DNA of 63,663 nucleotides, filler included, from Octopus bimaculoides (GCF_001194135.2; 5 parts of 4 records of this genome joined end to end with filler, not necessarily neighbours in it); one strand, 5' to 3'; positions 27,930 through 40,553 are shown, numbered from the whole stretch's first letter. Made by a program: numbers and translations. The notes: generated from the sequence alone by a model not told the origin.

Positions 27930-28960
27930 ACATTTGGAACTTGAGAAAAGTTTTGCCTATTTTTCTGTTCCACTCACAGATTGGACTTGTAATCAGCCGG
28001 TCAATTTCTCTTTCTGAAAATCCCAGTTTATCCATATTCTCCTTTAAGCATTTACTAACAAAACCTAGTACTCTAATTATTATTGGTATGAATATGAATT
28101 CATAGTCTGGATATAGAAGCTGGAGGTTTCAAAGCAGTTGTTCACAGATATCCTCTTTTTCTTTAATTTTCAAAGAGATATTTATATCGGCAGGGCAGCT
28201 AACCTCTATGATGGTACTTATTTTTGCCCCTCTGTCCCAAACAACAATATCCGGTCTATATCCATTTGCGATTGTCGTTCCGTACCTGATAGTATAATAG
28301 AAATGGTATGTTGTAATGTTCATGCTTTCCCAAGTAAATTAATAGCTTTTGTGAAACAAAACAGTCTTGACCGAAAATTGTAACCAGGCTGCGGACCAAA
28401 CGTGGTAAAGAGCTAGTCCTAATGCCGTCGTCATTTATAGCGTAAAACAATCAACGTTATCAATGTCTAAAAAATATAAAATCCAGAATCCAAGGTTCTT
28501 ACAGATAGCAACAGTGCTACCAAAAGGAATAAGTCTCTGACAATTTACTTTCTGCCACAACGAACAACTAATGCCAAAAATAAGCAAGCTGCGAATGTAT
28601 TTGAAACGTCCGTGGAAAGTAACGTCACCGAGTGTCCATTCCCACTGCGGCTCAAGGTTTTGAATTGTAAACCAGTAAAACATGCAATGATTGAATTAAT
28701 TATATGCTGTGTTGTATAATCTAAGCTACTAACGGGCGATTTAGGCAGCAACGTCATGTTAGATCAGGATTTCACCAGTGTTAATTAGCATGTAGCTGAA
28801 AGATATACGACCTAATCTAAACTGGTTTATAATGGATAAGTTTACTGCCTACCAGAGAATGCTTTTCATATTTCTGTAACGGAACCAGTAATTAGTGGCT
28901 CAGCTTGAAGAGAGTCAGTTTTAATAAGTTCTTTGTTCCTTCTTCAGATCATACATAAGT
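27930..28960 (-). mobile_element. RLE-endonuclease non-LTR retrotransposon 3' fragment
   Basis: YRPDIVVWDRGAKISTIIEVSCPADINISLKIKEK carries the PD..E restriction-like endonuclease motif. The upstream part is degenerate and its boundary approximate. Confidence 0.7.
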
Positions 28961-29264
28961 TGTTCACATCCTTTCTTATGCCCAATTTATCCTGTTTTTA
29001 GCTAGAGTGGTAACAAAATACATGAGCTGAGCCTAATGTTTTAAATATTTGCTCCGACTTTCATCCTAAAGCACCGTTCACTAATTACAAATTAAGTATA
29101 CAGTGTTATGTGTGCACTTATCAAATACACATTCACCTGTTATAAATGCATATAGAGTACACTAACATGTTTATTTGAAATACAATACACAACTCGTTTG
29201 ATAAAGACTCCGCGTCTCCAAATTCTCTCTTTACATGAATCTGTCTCAATATTCATAAACACTG

Positions 29265-29479
29265 TGAAGGCGGTGAGCTGGCAAAATTGTTAGCACTCCG
29301 GGGAAAATGCTTAGCGGCATTTCATTCGTCTTTACGTTCTGAATTTGAATTCCGCTGGGGTTGACTTTGCCCTTCATCATTCGGGATCGTTAAAATAAGT
29401 ACCAGCAGAACACTGGGATCGGTATAGCCGACGTTCCCCCCCCCCGAAATTGCTGGCCTTTTCCCAAAATTTGAAACCA
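29265..29479 (+). mobile_element. SINE family B, full-length
   Basis: Runs from AAGGCGGTGAGCTGGC to GCTGGCCTT..AAAATTTGAAACC. Possible 8-bp TSD TAAACACT at 29256-29263 and 29487-29494. Confidence 0.85.
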
Positions 29480-29499
29480 ATTTTTGTAAACACTTTACA

Positions 29500-31290
29500 G
29501 TATTTTACTCACTCCCCAGATATTCTCTCCGACCCAGCAAAGTATTACTCTATCGCTCTCACTTCCAACATCCCAAACCTGATGCAGACAGCCGGTACTG
29601 ATCACCTATTTGGCCATATTGAATGTTACTCTCCACAGTAAACTTGATTTCTTGTGTCACTCTCCAGTGCTCCAGTGCTCCGGCGCTTTGGAAATTTTCA
29701 ACAAAACGTTAGATTTGCGTTTAAGATTAGCAAATGTCTCGAGTAAGAAACCCCGAACTGAGTCGTTCGTTTATAGTATCTATCCATCTGACTTTTCTTA
29801 GAAAGTGCCTGTCAAACAGTATAATTGCAGCGTGTGCCAAGAAAGGTCACTCCAGCACACTTCCTGTCAGCTGTAGCGTACTCCAGGATTACGAATATTT
29901 CTCATATATTCTGTCCCCACTTCCGTGCGTTAGCTACATACTGTACAGTTTCTCTCAGAAGTCACATTTCAGTTTTGACACTTCAGATTTTTCTCTTCCT
30001 AAACTTCATTCCTCGTTACACTTCAAAGATTTCAAGTGATTGAAAGCTATTTCTGGTTCACTGCCTGGTTGTGTTAACTTATACTTAACTTCATGCTTTT
30101 GACACTGTTGATGCATTGTTGTTTGACTCTGGATCATCATGTCTGGAACTGTGTTATCTGATGAAGTCCTAATAATCATGGCGTAGAAGAGTCCTCTCTT
30201 TGAGGGAGTAGGGGGTGAATAGGACCATCACGCTGCTCAGCCTGTTTAATGCCACTTCAGACCCATGGGTGTCTTCAACAGAGTTCGCTCTATTACAAGA
30301 ATTCGAAACAGGTTCCCAGCCGGTGATTACTGTTATCATGATCTCATGGTACACCAATATTTTCTTCACTTCCTTAGATGCCAAGATTAACACTAAACCT
30401 ACTTGAAATTTCTCCTCTTCTCTAATTTCCGCGAACTCCGATCCGACATAAACCCCATACAGCGCACGTACTAACACACAACCCACACGTCCTGTTCCTC
30501 TCTGTTTACATATGTCTGTCATTCCCTATCTATAACCCATCTCTGCTGTACAGGATACACCCTATATATAAACTTCACTCTGAAAGGCGATGTCTGGGTA
30601 TACGTAGATTCCACTCACCCCACCACTCATCTCTTACACCTAAGTATCAGTAACGAATACCGCCAGTTATTCTGCTTCCAATACTCTTTTTCGATTCCTG
30701 TAATTGTCTGCCTCTTCTGCCATACTCCAAGCACTACTAACTCCTCAAAATAGTAACATCACTTTGACCAATTGTCTTCTAGAATAGACGTTACAACCGC
30801 TCCCTCTTTAAGGTCATCGTCCTCGCTAATTTCAGTACGTGCAATTCCTTATGGTTCTCACATACGTCTCAGACTGATGCTGCCTGGGCAGAAGCTGAAT
30901 CTTTTGTAATGTTCAATACGAATTTGTTTCGTCCCCTATACTCATCTTTTAGACATACAGACATTTTAAACACTTGAATTCTTTCTCGGCTCCAAATCCA
31001 GCCTCTACAAAACCATTGCTAACATGGCAACTATCTGGCCGCTTGACCATTGCCATATTACCACTACCCTTCCACATGTTACTCATTATCTCCTCATTTC
31101 TCAGATACCATGACACTTCCAGTCAGTTTGGTCGGATTTCTGCCAGTTTTATGTAAACTAGCCTTGGAAACACATGTGCTTCTCCTTCACCAATCGAACG
31201 TAGTTAGGTATGTGACTGAAGTCATCTTCTTGCACGAATGCCACCCCATTCCACGTGCAGCTAAAACTCAAATTCCAGTTTCTCCAGTTT
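29500..31290 (-). mobile_element. Heavily degenerate LINE-like remnant
   Basis: Higher-GC stretch with broken RT-like peptides on the minus strand. The clade cannot be assigned by eye. Confidence 0.35.
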
Positions 31291-31542
31291 CACTCATAAC
31301 TGCTACGTAGCAGGTTAGACAAAGAACGCCGCCATCAAGGCTTGCAGAAAGCCCCATCCCTACAAATTGTAAACTTATCAAATACCGTAGCGAAGTAATA
31401 AGAATTATATGGACGCAAAGTCTTTTGTTTTCTCCTTAATAAAGAGGAGGAGCAATGTTTATGAATCTTTTCAGGATTTCCGACACTGGTGGGAGGAAGG
31501 AGGATGTTATCCTCAGACATGAGGCATGGCACGAATACTTAC

Positions 31543-31706
31543 AACAAATTGGACACCGCTAGAAGCACTTAAGAGTCAAGTGGAAGTATTAAACCGAGTA
31601 CTAAATCCTCCAGACTACTATCCAAGAAAAACACAGCGTCTCCAATCGCACACGCAAATCCGACCAAAAATAGCGAATTTTTAAATTTTCAATTGCGCTG
31701 CGGAGT
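31543..31706 (-). other. Candidate non-coding exon, preceded by an 83-nt canonical intron (31707-31789)
   Basis: Minus strand shows TTG|GTAAGTAAG...ATGTTTTTCAG|ACTCC...GTT|GTAAGT. All three frames contain stops, and CpG is locally elevated. Confidence 0.3.
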
Positions 31707-32129
31707 CTGAAAAACATATTTAACCGCATAGTTCTTTATATACCTTTCTTTAAACTCTAGTTTGCAGCAAAATATCAATTCTTACTTACCAATTTCGAAA
31801 GTTGCATTTCTTGCTCCAGCCTAGTGTGCAGTACATGCTCTAGCTCTGTGCTCTGAGTTCAACTCTCGTAGAAGTAAACTTTACTTTCCATCCTTTTGGG
31901 GTCGATAAAAATGTACAAATCCAAGGCAATAGATTAGTAGAGATGTAAGTATTTGTTCTCAGATCAAATCCTGCATCAATTTGGCATCCTAATTTGACAG
32001 CTCCATAGTTAACAGAATCTGCTCTGCAAGAACTCAGGTTGGGTTTTTTAATGCCTTCCGCTTCGGACGTCCTGTAATATGTCATGGACGCCGCCTTTCT
32101 TCCTGACTAAAAAAAGTGTAGAGTAAAAG

Positions 32130-32460
32130 GTATAAGGCCAGCAATTTTGAGCGCAGAGTTAGTCGATTACATCACTCGTAGTATTTGATTGATACTTTAT
32201 TATGTTGACCCCAGAGGGATGAAAGGTAAAGTTGATCTCGCCAAATTTGAAGACAGAACAAATACGCAAGGCATTTTCCCGACGCTTTTACGATTCTGCT
32301 TATCCATCGCCAATATTCTGTCTTAATATAATGGAGTGTTATCTAGTCACAAGGCCAGCAATTTTATGGAGGCGAGGGTGGGGCTTTAGTTTATTATATC
32401 GATCTCGAATGTATGAAGAGAAAAGTTGATTTCGAAGGGTATTGAACTCAGAACATAAAG
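32130..32460 (-). mobile_element. Two tandem degenerate SINE family B copies
   Basis: AAGGCCAGCAATTTT occurs at about 32136 and 32350, each followed by the reverse complement of the family B body. Confidence 0.65.
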
Positions 32461-32480
32461 AGGGTGTCATTTTGTCTTAA

Positions 32481-32540
32481 TAACAACTATATGCACGGAA
32501 CAACAATTATATGCACGGAACAACAACTACATGCACGGAA
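32481..32540. repeat. 20-bp tandem repeat x3
   Basis: Unit (C/T)AACAA(C/T)TA(T/C)ATGCACGGAA, three copies. Confidence 0.95.
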
Positions 32541-33080
32541 ACATTCTTAAATAAACCAAGCCTTCCATGGACTGGTTTATTCCATTGATATAATGACTCT
32601 TGTATTTTTGGTAAATCCTGTTATTATGAAACTAGGCAGTTTAATGTGAACATGTGCAATGTGTGTGTGTATTAGTCTATAATATTAGAATTCGTAATAT
32701 TTCGTAATATAATATTAGATTAGCAAACTCACGAATTCGTTCGGGACTGAGTCCAATACATAATTATACTCTCAATGTTTCTGAAAATGGGAAATTGGTT
32801 GGTCATTTGTCAATCAAACAAAACAACTATACAGTGAGAAATTTTCGTTGTTAATGTAATAAGATTGCATGAAATAGAATCCTATTATATTTAAAGAATA
32901 CCTTAAAAATTTCAATGCAAATTAGTACAATTCATTGTTTTACTTTATTTTTAACTCAGTACTTAGCCTTTTTGTGTAGCGATTGACACAGTAACACGTG
33001 ATGTGAAAGTGGAAAACTGCGTTTATGTACTGGTACAAATGCTTTTCTTTCTTGCTAAAATTAGACTGTATGTGTGTGTG

Positions 33081-33131
<51 letters not shown>

Positions 33132-33190
33132 NNNNNNNNNNNNNNNNNNNNNNNNNNNNNNNNNNNNNNNNNNNNNNNNNNNNNNNNNNN

Positions 33191-33244
<54 letters not shown>

Positions 33245-33689
33245 CCTGAAATTGAATTGAATGTGTTACTATCTTGATACCAATATATACTTTTTAATCT
33301 TTTTTGCAAGCACTACACACTCACACACACATACACACGTATATATATATATGTATACGCACACACATATACATACATACAACATACATATATGTGTGTG
33401 TATGTATGTACGTATGCATGCGTGTATGTATGTTCTCTTCTGTTTTTAATTATTTTGAATTCTTCAAATGGGGAAGGAGCTGGTTTCTAACAAAGATACA
33501 AAGCTCTGTCATTGGAATGCAGAAAACAACGTCACATTTTAAACTTGAGGAAAATCTTGCATATTTTTACTGCTCCACTTACAGATTGTGTTTGTAATGT
33601 GCGAGCTGGTTGATTTTTGTTGCTGAAAAATCCAAGCTTATCCAGACTGTCAGTTAGGCATTTACTCACAAATCAAATGCGTCAATTAT

Positions 33690-34090
33690 TGTTGGTATAA
33701 ATGTAAATTTATAATCTGGATATAGAAGCTGAAGATTTCGAAGCAGTTTCCATAGTTATCCTATTTCTCTTTGATTTTTAAAGAGATATTCACATCACCA
33801 GGACGGCTGACTTCTATGTCAGTACATAATTTTACTTGTTTATCCCAAACAACATTATCCAACCTATTATGCTTCCACTTCACAAATGTTTTGATGGGAA
33901 TGTTCGACCAGTATTTCTTGTGTTGATGTTTGTGTACGTATTCAATAACAGGAGGATTCTCTATATTTATTCCAGGACAGTCTTTCTTTCGGATGACGTT
34001 GTATATTGCTTGTGCAACAACGTCTTGTCGCATAGGAAGATAGTACCTTGATGGCATTTTTGGGCCGCTGCTAATCACAGGTGTGATGTC
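33690..34090 (-). mobile_element. RLE-type LINE 3' fragment, same family as the 27930 copy
   Basis: Reads RQDVVAQAIY...HNRLDNVVWDKQVKLCTDIEVSRPGDVNISLKIKEK. Confidence 0.75.
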
Positions 34091-34126
34091 TTAACACAGA
34101 AATATGATATAATCTACATTTTTAGC

Positions 34127-34157
<31 letters not shown>

Positions 34158-35034
34158 TGTATGTAGGTAGGTAGGTAGGTAGGTAGGTAGGTACTGAGAA
34201 AGGGTTAAATTTTCATACGTATTCGTTTTATGTTGTTTAACTAAAATAAGGTTTAATTTTAACACAAATGGCAGATAGTTTTTTTTCTATTTATGTATTT
34301 ATATATTTGAAAATAGAAAATACATTTTCATATAACAATTTCTTTTCGTATAATAGTTTTATTGAAAATATATTAGTGCATATAATCACATATATAACAC
34401 AAATAAATGGTGTGTATATATATATATATTATTTAAGAGTTCCAGCTCTGTTTTTTTGTTTTATTTATATTATTNNNNNNNNNNNNNNNNNNNNNNNNNN
34501 NNNNNNNNNNNNNNNNNNNNNNNNNNNNNNNNNNNNNNNNNNNNNNNNNNNNNNNNNNNNNNNNNNNNNNNNNNNNNNNNNNNNNNNNNNNNNNNNNNNN
34601 NNNNNNNNNNNNNNNNNNNNNNNNNNNNNNNNNNNNNNNNNNNNNNNNNNNNNNNNNNNNNNNNNNNNNNNNNNNNNNNNNNNNNNNNNNNNNNNNNNNN
34701 NNNNNNNNNNNNNNNNNNNNNNNNNNNNNNNNNNNNNNNNNNNNNNNNNNNNNNNNNNNNNNNNNNNNNNNNNNNNNCTTTGTGACTTTTTCAACTTAGA
34801 GTAAAGCATAAAAAACAATTAAATTGTGGAAAAATTAGATGAAATGTTTTTAAAATTTTTTCCATAGTTTTCAAATGCAAGCGACATTTTCCTTTTTTCT
34901 GTCTGTCTCTCTTTTTTACTCTGGTGAGGGCTTGGTAGCAGGTAGCAGGTAGCAGGTAGTAGCAGTCCTAATATTTGATATGAGTTCTTGGTTTTGATTG
35001 TTTAAGCAGCAGCAGCAGCAGCAGCAGCAGTAGC

Positions 35035-35068
<34 letters not shown>

Positions 35069-35079
35069 TATATATATAT

Positions 35080-35275
35080 TTCGTTTTTGGATTCGCTTTG
35101 CAAGATTCTTTATGTGAGTTCGTGTGTTGAAGCATATTCTGTTGTGTCTGGGGAGAGTCATTCTCATTTGGTGCCTTATAATTTAATACACTCACCGGTA
35201 AAATCTCCACTTACTTCTTTTTTATTTTTCTAAAATTTTCGTTGCGTCTTGCAATCTTTTCAATAGTTTTGACTC
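35080..35275 (-). repeat. Interspersed repeat, probable Penelope-type terminal repeat (copy 2)
   Basis: Collinear with 7936-8125. Confidence 0.6.
35230..35266 (-). ncRNA. Minimal hammerhead-like motif with U3-A8 core
   Basis: Minus strand reads CTA-TTGAAAA-G-ATTGC-AAGAC-GCAAC-GAAA-AT-T-T-TAG, giving a 3-bp stem I, a stem II hairpin and a palindromic AAUU helix III. Confidence 0.4.
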
Positions 35276-35893
35276 TGTCCGTTACTCACACTGCGTTCCT
35301 TTTTGTTTGTTTGTGCGCATGTGTGTGGATCAGTGGGTGTGTGCCTATACATGCATGCAAGTATGTATGCATGTGTGTGTATCCATGTATGTATGTGAGT
35401 GTATATCTATATATTTATGTGTGTACATTTGTATGTATGTATTCTGCATGTTCATGTGTTTGCATGTTGGTGTTTGTGTGTTTTTTATGTATGTGCGTGT
35501 GTGTGTGTGTGTGTGTGTTTGTATATGGGTGTATGTGTACCTCTGTCACCTTATGTGTGCATGTCCAAGTGTGTGTATATGTGTGTGTGTGTGTGTGTAT
35601 GTGTGTGTGTTTTGCAACTATGGACCGTGTTTGTATGTATGGATGTGCATCTCTATATGTGTGGACGTGTGTCTACATATGTGTCCTTGTGTGAAGTAAA
35701 GTGTGTGTGTGTATATATGGTCATGTGTTTCGGTCTTCATTTGCGTATGTGTGCTTGTTTGTTCATATAAACTATGTAACTATTCGTTTGTATGTTGATC
35801 TGTTTACTTTCATATCCATATGCTTACATACATGTGCATATACATATATATATATTCATACACCCATCCACACACACATACATACATCTATCT

Positions 35894-35989
<96 letters not shown>

Positions 35990-36070
35990 CCCACACACAC
36001 ATACATACATTTATCTACATAACAGCCCACTAACTATTCTACTTTACCTGTGTAAACTGTGGGTATGGGG

Positions 36071-37250
36071 GGGTATGATATCTACTATATATATTTCCTA
36101 TTTAGTATTGAGGAAGTTTCATTTATGAGGACGTACTCCCGTATTTGTCTGAATGTTGAGTCCTTTGGGTGCTTGGATAAAATGCGGATGTCAAGTTGAC
36201 ACGGGTTACCTCTATGCTGGTCCTTAGCATGTTGGTAGAGTATGGAGGACTGTTTTTTTTTTGTCGTCATATTGTCTCAAATGATCTTTTAAGTCGTTCC
36301 GTAATGCTCCTAGATGTCTCCCCTATGTATGTCATGTTCATGTCTTTACAAGCACCTTCTATGCATCTTATGCTGTAAACTACATTTCGAGTTCTACAGT
36401 TAATGCCAGTTAATCCTACATGCCATGCAGTTATCATTGGTGCATATGGTATTCTCAAAGGGCTACGTCCTACATAGTTGTGATCTGACGAAGTTCCCTG
36501 GTTTGTCAACAATCTTAATGTTGAGTTTAGTCTCCTTCATAGCTTTCCTAAATCTACGGGCTAGTTTTTCATGGGCTGTAGCCTCTACAAACATCACTCC
36601 TTGATATTTGTTGGTTTTGCACCACGTGTTCGCCCTGTTTGCTTTGTCACAAGTTCTTTGTATCCTATTCCAGTCTTTGTTTCTATATCTAGGGCAGATA
36701 CCACTGGTATCATTACGTATAATGTTATCTAACATCTTTCTAGCACCCTGTATACTCGAACTCTATCTTTCTGATCATATCCAGAGAACTGCATTCGGTG
36801 CATGAAGTTCTGTATATGTTTTTTTTCATTTCATAGGGTTCGCATTGTGGGGACACGTTGTTCATTATCCTAACTAAGTCTGCCATCAGTATGTTAATTT
36901 TCATGTTGTGTGACAAAGCTGTGTTCTTGTGAACAACATATCTTGAAGCTATAGGTTTCATGTAATAGGAGTGAAGGAGCTGTACTCTATTGTTCACAGT
37001 CTCTCACCAAAGTTCAGTATCAAGTGCGGGAAGTCTATTGTTGGGGTGCTTAGTGGGGTAATCTATGGTTACCTTGGTACTTTGGTGGATGGAGTTAGCT
37101 ACTTGCTGGATGCTCTCCATTACGTTCCTCTCAGTTTCTACTCTACCGTTACTAGAGTTGGTCCTAACTATGATATTAATGTCATCTACACATCTACTGT
37201 AGAGTAGAAGAGTTGTGGACAGTTCTGCTAACATTTGCTTAAGGAAATAT
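36071..37250 (-). pseudogene. Penelope-like element, 5'-truncated (RT thumb + GIY-YIG endonuclease), frameshifted
   Basis: Contains YSRCVDD (YxDD-like), LPALDTELW, CRTRNVVYSIRC...YIGETSRSITERL, HAKDQH and [14 protein letters not shown]. Confidence 0.85.
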
Positions 37251-37324
37251 ACATACTCACAGTTTACACAGGTAGAGTAGAATAGTTAGTGGACTGTTAT
37301 GTAGATAAATGTATGCGTGTGGGG

Positions 37325-37388
<64 letters not shown>

Positions 37389-37430
37389 AGGGTATGATAT
37401 CTACTATATATATTTCCTATTTAGTATTGA

Positions 37431-39705
37431 ACATGAAAAACCTAATGCAGAAGAAGCAAGACAGTTTTGAAGTAATATTTGGGGTAAGCCAGTTAATCAT
37501 AATGGAGATGCAGTATGGTTAAAGAAAGCGAAGGAAGAAGTAATGAATGAGAAGCAGCTAGATCTAAGATTAACCAGTGCATTAATGAGTAAAGTGTTAG
37601 GAAAAATGCTGAATTGGAGGGGCCCAGGACCAGATGTAGTTCAAGGGTACTGGCTAAAGAAATTCAATAGTTTACATGGGAGGCTGAGGGAACAACTTCA
37701 GAATTGCCTTAATGGAGGAGTAATACCAGATTGGATGACTAGAGGGAGGACAATACACATTATGAAAGATAAGAGCAAGGGTAATACAGCCAGCAGCTAT
37801 AGACCAATCACTTGCTTACTATTAGTGTAGAAGCTGTTAACAAGAATGCTTTCAGAAAGTATTTACGACAATTTACTACCAGAAGAACAGAAAGGTTGCA
37901 GGAATAGGGCTAAAGGAACGCATGATCTATTATACATAGGCAAAACAGTTTTAAATGAAGTAAAAGCTAGAAAGAGAAATCTAACAATAACATGGATAGA
38001 TTACAGGAAAGCCTATTACATGATCCCACACTCACAGATAAGTGAATGCTTGGGTATATTCAGCATATCAGACAGCATAAGACAATTAATTAGCTGTAGT
38101 AATGAAGAAATGGAAAGTAGATCTCTACTCATGTGACACACTCTTAGGGAATGTTAATATCAAAAGAAGAATTTTCCAGGGGGACTCATTGTACCCTTTA
38201 ATATTTGTGTCATGTTTGTTCCTCCTCAGTTTAGCATTAAGGAAGACAAAGACAGGGTGTCAGAAATAGTAAGGGAAAAATTTACCATTTGCTCTACATG
38301 CATGATCTGAAGCTTTTTAGTAAGAATGAAAAAGAGATAGATTCCTTAATATAGACTGTAAGACTCTTCATCAAAGATACAGGTATGGAATTCGGCATAG
38401 ACAAGTGTGTAATATTAGTCATGAGAAGGGGACAGGTAGTCAACAGCAAAAGCATCCAATTATCAGATGGCCAGACATTAAAATCATTGAAAGGAGGAGA
38501 GAGTTATAAGTATCTAGGAGTATTAGAATCTAACAGAATACTAACTGTAGAAATGAAAACGAAAGTTGAGGAGTTCATCAGAAGGATGAAGAAGCTAATG
38601 AAGTCAAAGCTAAATGGTCCAAAGCTAGACAGAAGAACTAGGGAGGGATTCAATAGGAATAGAGGACTCTACTCAAGGGCAGGAGTAGCAAGATTATACC
38701 TACATAAACAGGAAGGCGGAAGAGAGTTAATATCAGTAGAAGACTGCACGGAGTTAGTTACAGCAGATATAGACTACAGCAGATATAGGTAATAGTGAAG
38801 AAAGTTTATTGAAAGCTGCTAGAGTCACAGCAAGACATAGGGAAACCAAAAACCCAAACGAAGTTAAAAAAACAGAAAAAAGAACAGAAATTATCTGACT
38901 GGCTGGAGAAGGCATTGCATGGTAGATTCCCAAAGACAGTTGCAGCAAATAATAGTAGTGAGACATGGTTATAGTTGCAGAAAGGAAAACTAAAGAGGGA
39001 GAAGAAAGTTTGTTAGTAGCTGCACACGATTAAGCATTAAGGACTAATTGGATAAAAGCCAAGTCAGACAAAAACCAAGAAGACTCCCAATGTACATTAT
39101 GCAAATCAAAAGAGAAAAGCATTACTCATATAATAAGTGAATGTAGCATGCTGGCACAAAGAATACAAGAAAAGACATGACAATCTAGGGAGAGCAATCC
39201 ACTGGGAGCTATGTAAAAAGCCAGGATTTGAACATACCGATAAATGGTATGAACATGAACCTAATAAAGTACTAGAAAGTAAGAAATACAAGTTGTTGTG
39301 GGACTTTAACATTCAAACTGACAGAGTAATAGAAGCTAGAAGGCCTGATTTGGTAGTAGATAAAGAGAATAGAAAGTGCTAAATAATTGACTTTACAGTA
39401 CCGAATTATGAAACGATTAATATGAGAGGTATAGAAAAATTAGCAAAGTACTAGGACCTAGCTATTGAATTACAGAGACTATGTATCCCAGTAGTTATAG
39501 GTGCATTGGTAACTGTCCTTAAAAATCTGAACAGATGGATAGAGGAAATAGGCATAAAAGCCAGTTTAGTACAACTCCAGAAAACAGTGTTATTAGGGAC
39601 AGCTAGGATACTGAGGAGGGTTCTTGGCGTCTAAGGCTATTTTTTATAGCCCGATGTTAGGATTCTTTTCTTTTCCAACAGTCTAATCTGTTGAGTGTAT
39701 ATGAA
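37431..39705 (+). pseudogene. R4/Dong-like non-LTR retrotransposon, 5'-truncated, degenerate RT + zinc knuckle + RLE
   Basis: Contains GPGPDVVQGYWLK, YRPITCL, EQKGC, WIDYRKAY, FQGDSL, LYMHDLK, YKYLG, a CxxC..HxxxEC knuckle, RHDNL and RRPDLVV..IID. It ends in an (AAT)n tract. Confidence 0.9.

Positions 39706-39783
<78 letters not shown>
39706..39783 (+). repeat. (AAT)n tract at the LINE 3' end
   Basis: Read directly from the sequence. Confidence 0.95.
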
Positions 39784-39799
39784 CATTTCTACTACAGGC

Positions 39800-39960
39800 A
39801 CAAAGCCTTACATTCTGAGTTTAAATTCCACCGATGTCAACTTTGCTTTTCATCCTTTCGGGCTCCATAAAATAAGTACCAGTTGAGCTCTGGAGTCGAT
39901 GTAATCGACTTATCCCCACACGCGAACATGCTGGCCTTATGCCAAAATGTGAAACCATCA
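39800..39960 (+). mobile_element. SINE family B, 5'-truncated
   Basis: Reads TTCTGAGTTTAAATTCC...ATAAGTACCAGTTGAG...GCTGGCCTTATGCCAAAATGTGAAACC followed by a (CAT)n tail. Confidence 0.85.
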
Positions 39961-40469
39961 TCATCATCATCATCATCATCATTATTCACACTGATAAAAT
40001 GAAAATTAGAAAGAAATATTTGCGTTACATACCTTTAATTATTTCACCTATCTCTTTTATTTACATTATTTTTGCTTGTGGGCCTCCAAAACTGAATTCC
40101 TGTCACGATACCACGCTCCGTTCAAGATAAGAGATTTCTTGGATGCAATTCTCTCCACATATTTCTTGTGTTTGAATAGAAAAGGAACTAAATATGATTT
40201 TTAACATCATTCAGCGTGTGAGAAAGAGAGGAGAAGGAAAAGCGAAGTGTGTGCGAAAGAAAGAACATTTAGAGATAAGAGGAATAGTTTGTACATGTAT
40301 GAGTATGTGCGTATATGTATGTGTATGCATGTATGCGTGTGTCAGTGCGCAGTGGTGGGGGGGGCGTGTGACAGCGTGCAATAGAGAGGAAACAGAAAGG
40401 GAGGGAAAGAGAGGGAAGCTGAAAGGAAAAAGGACTTCGTGAGTCTGAGAGCGAGAAAAAAAGGGAGAA

Positions 40470-40503
<34 letters not shown>

Positions 40504-40545
40504 GAGGGAGTGTGTTGCGCGCGTGCGCGTTTTTGCACGTACATG

Positions 40546-40553
40546 TATAAAAG
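40546..40553 (+). promoter_or_regulatory. Candidate TATA box
   Basis: TATAAAAG sits downstream of a (GA)n tract and a CGCG-rich patch. A donor-like AAG|GTGAGG follows at 40610. Confidence 0.25.

Noticed and set aside
32481-32540. Short direct repeats (also 40718-40804 and about 43968-44010) as a CRISPR array
   Set aside because: They are head-to-tail tandem units with no unique spacers, in a eukaryotic context.
35242-36128. Cys/Val/Tyr/Ile-rich ORFs
   Set aside because: These are translations of (TG)n/(TA)n degenerate microsatellite.
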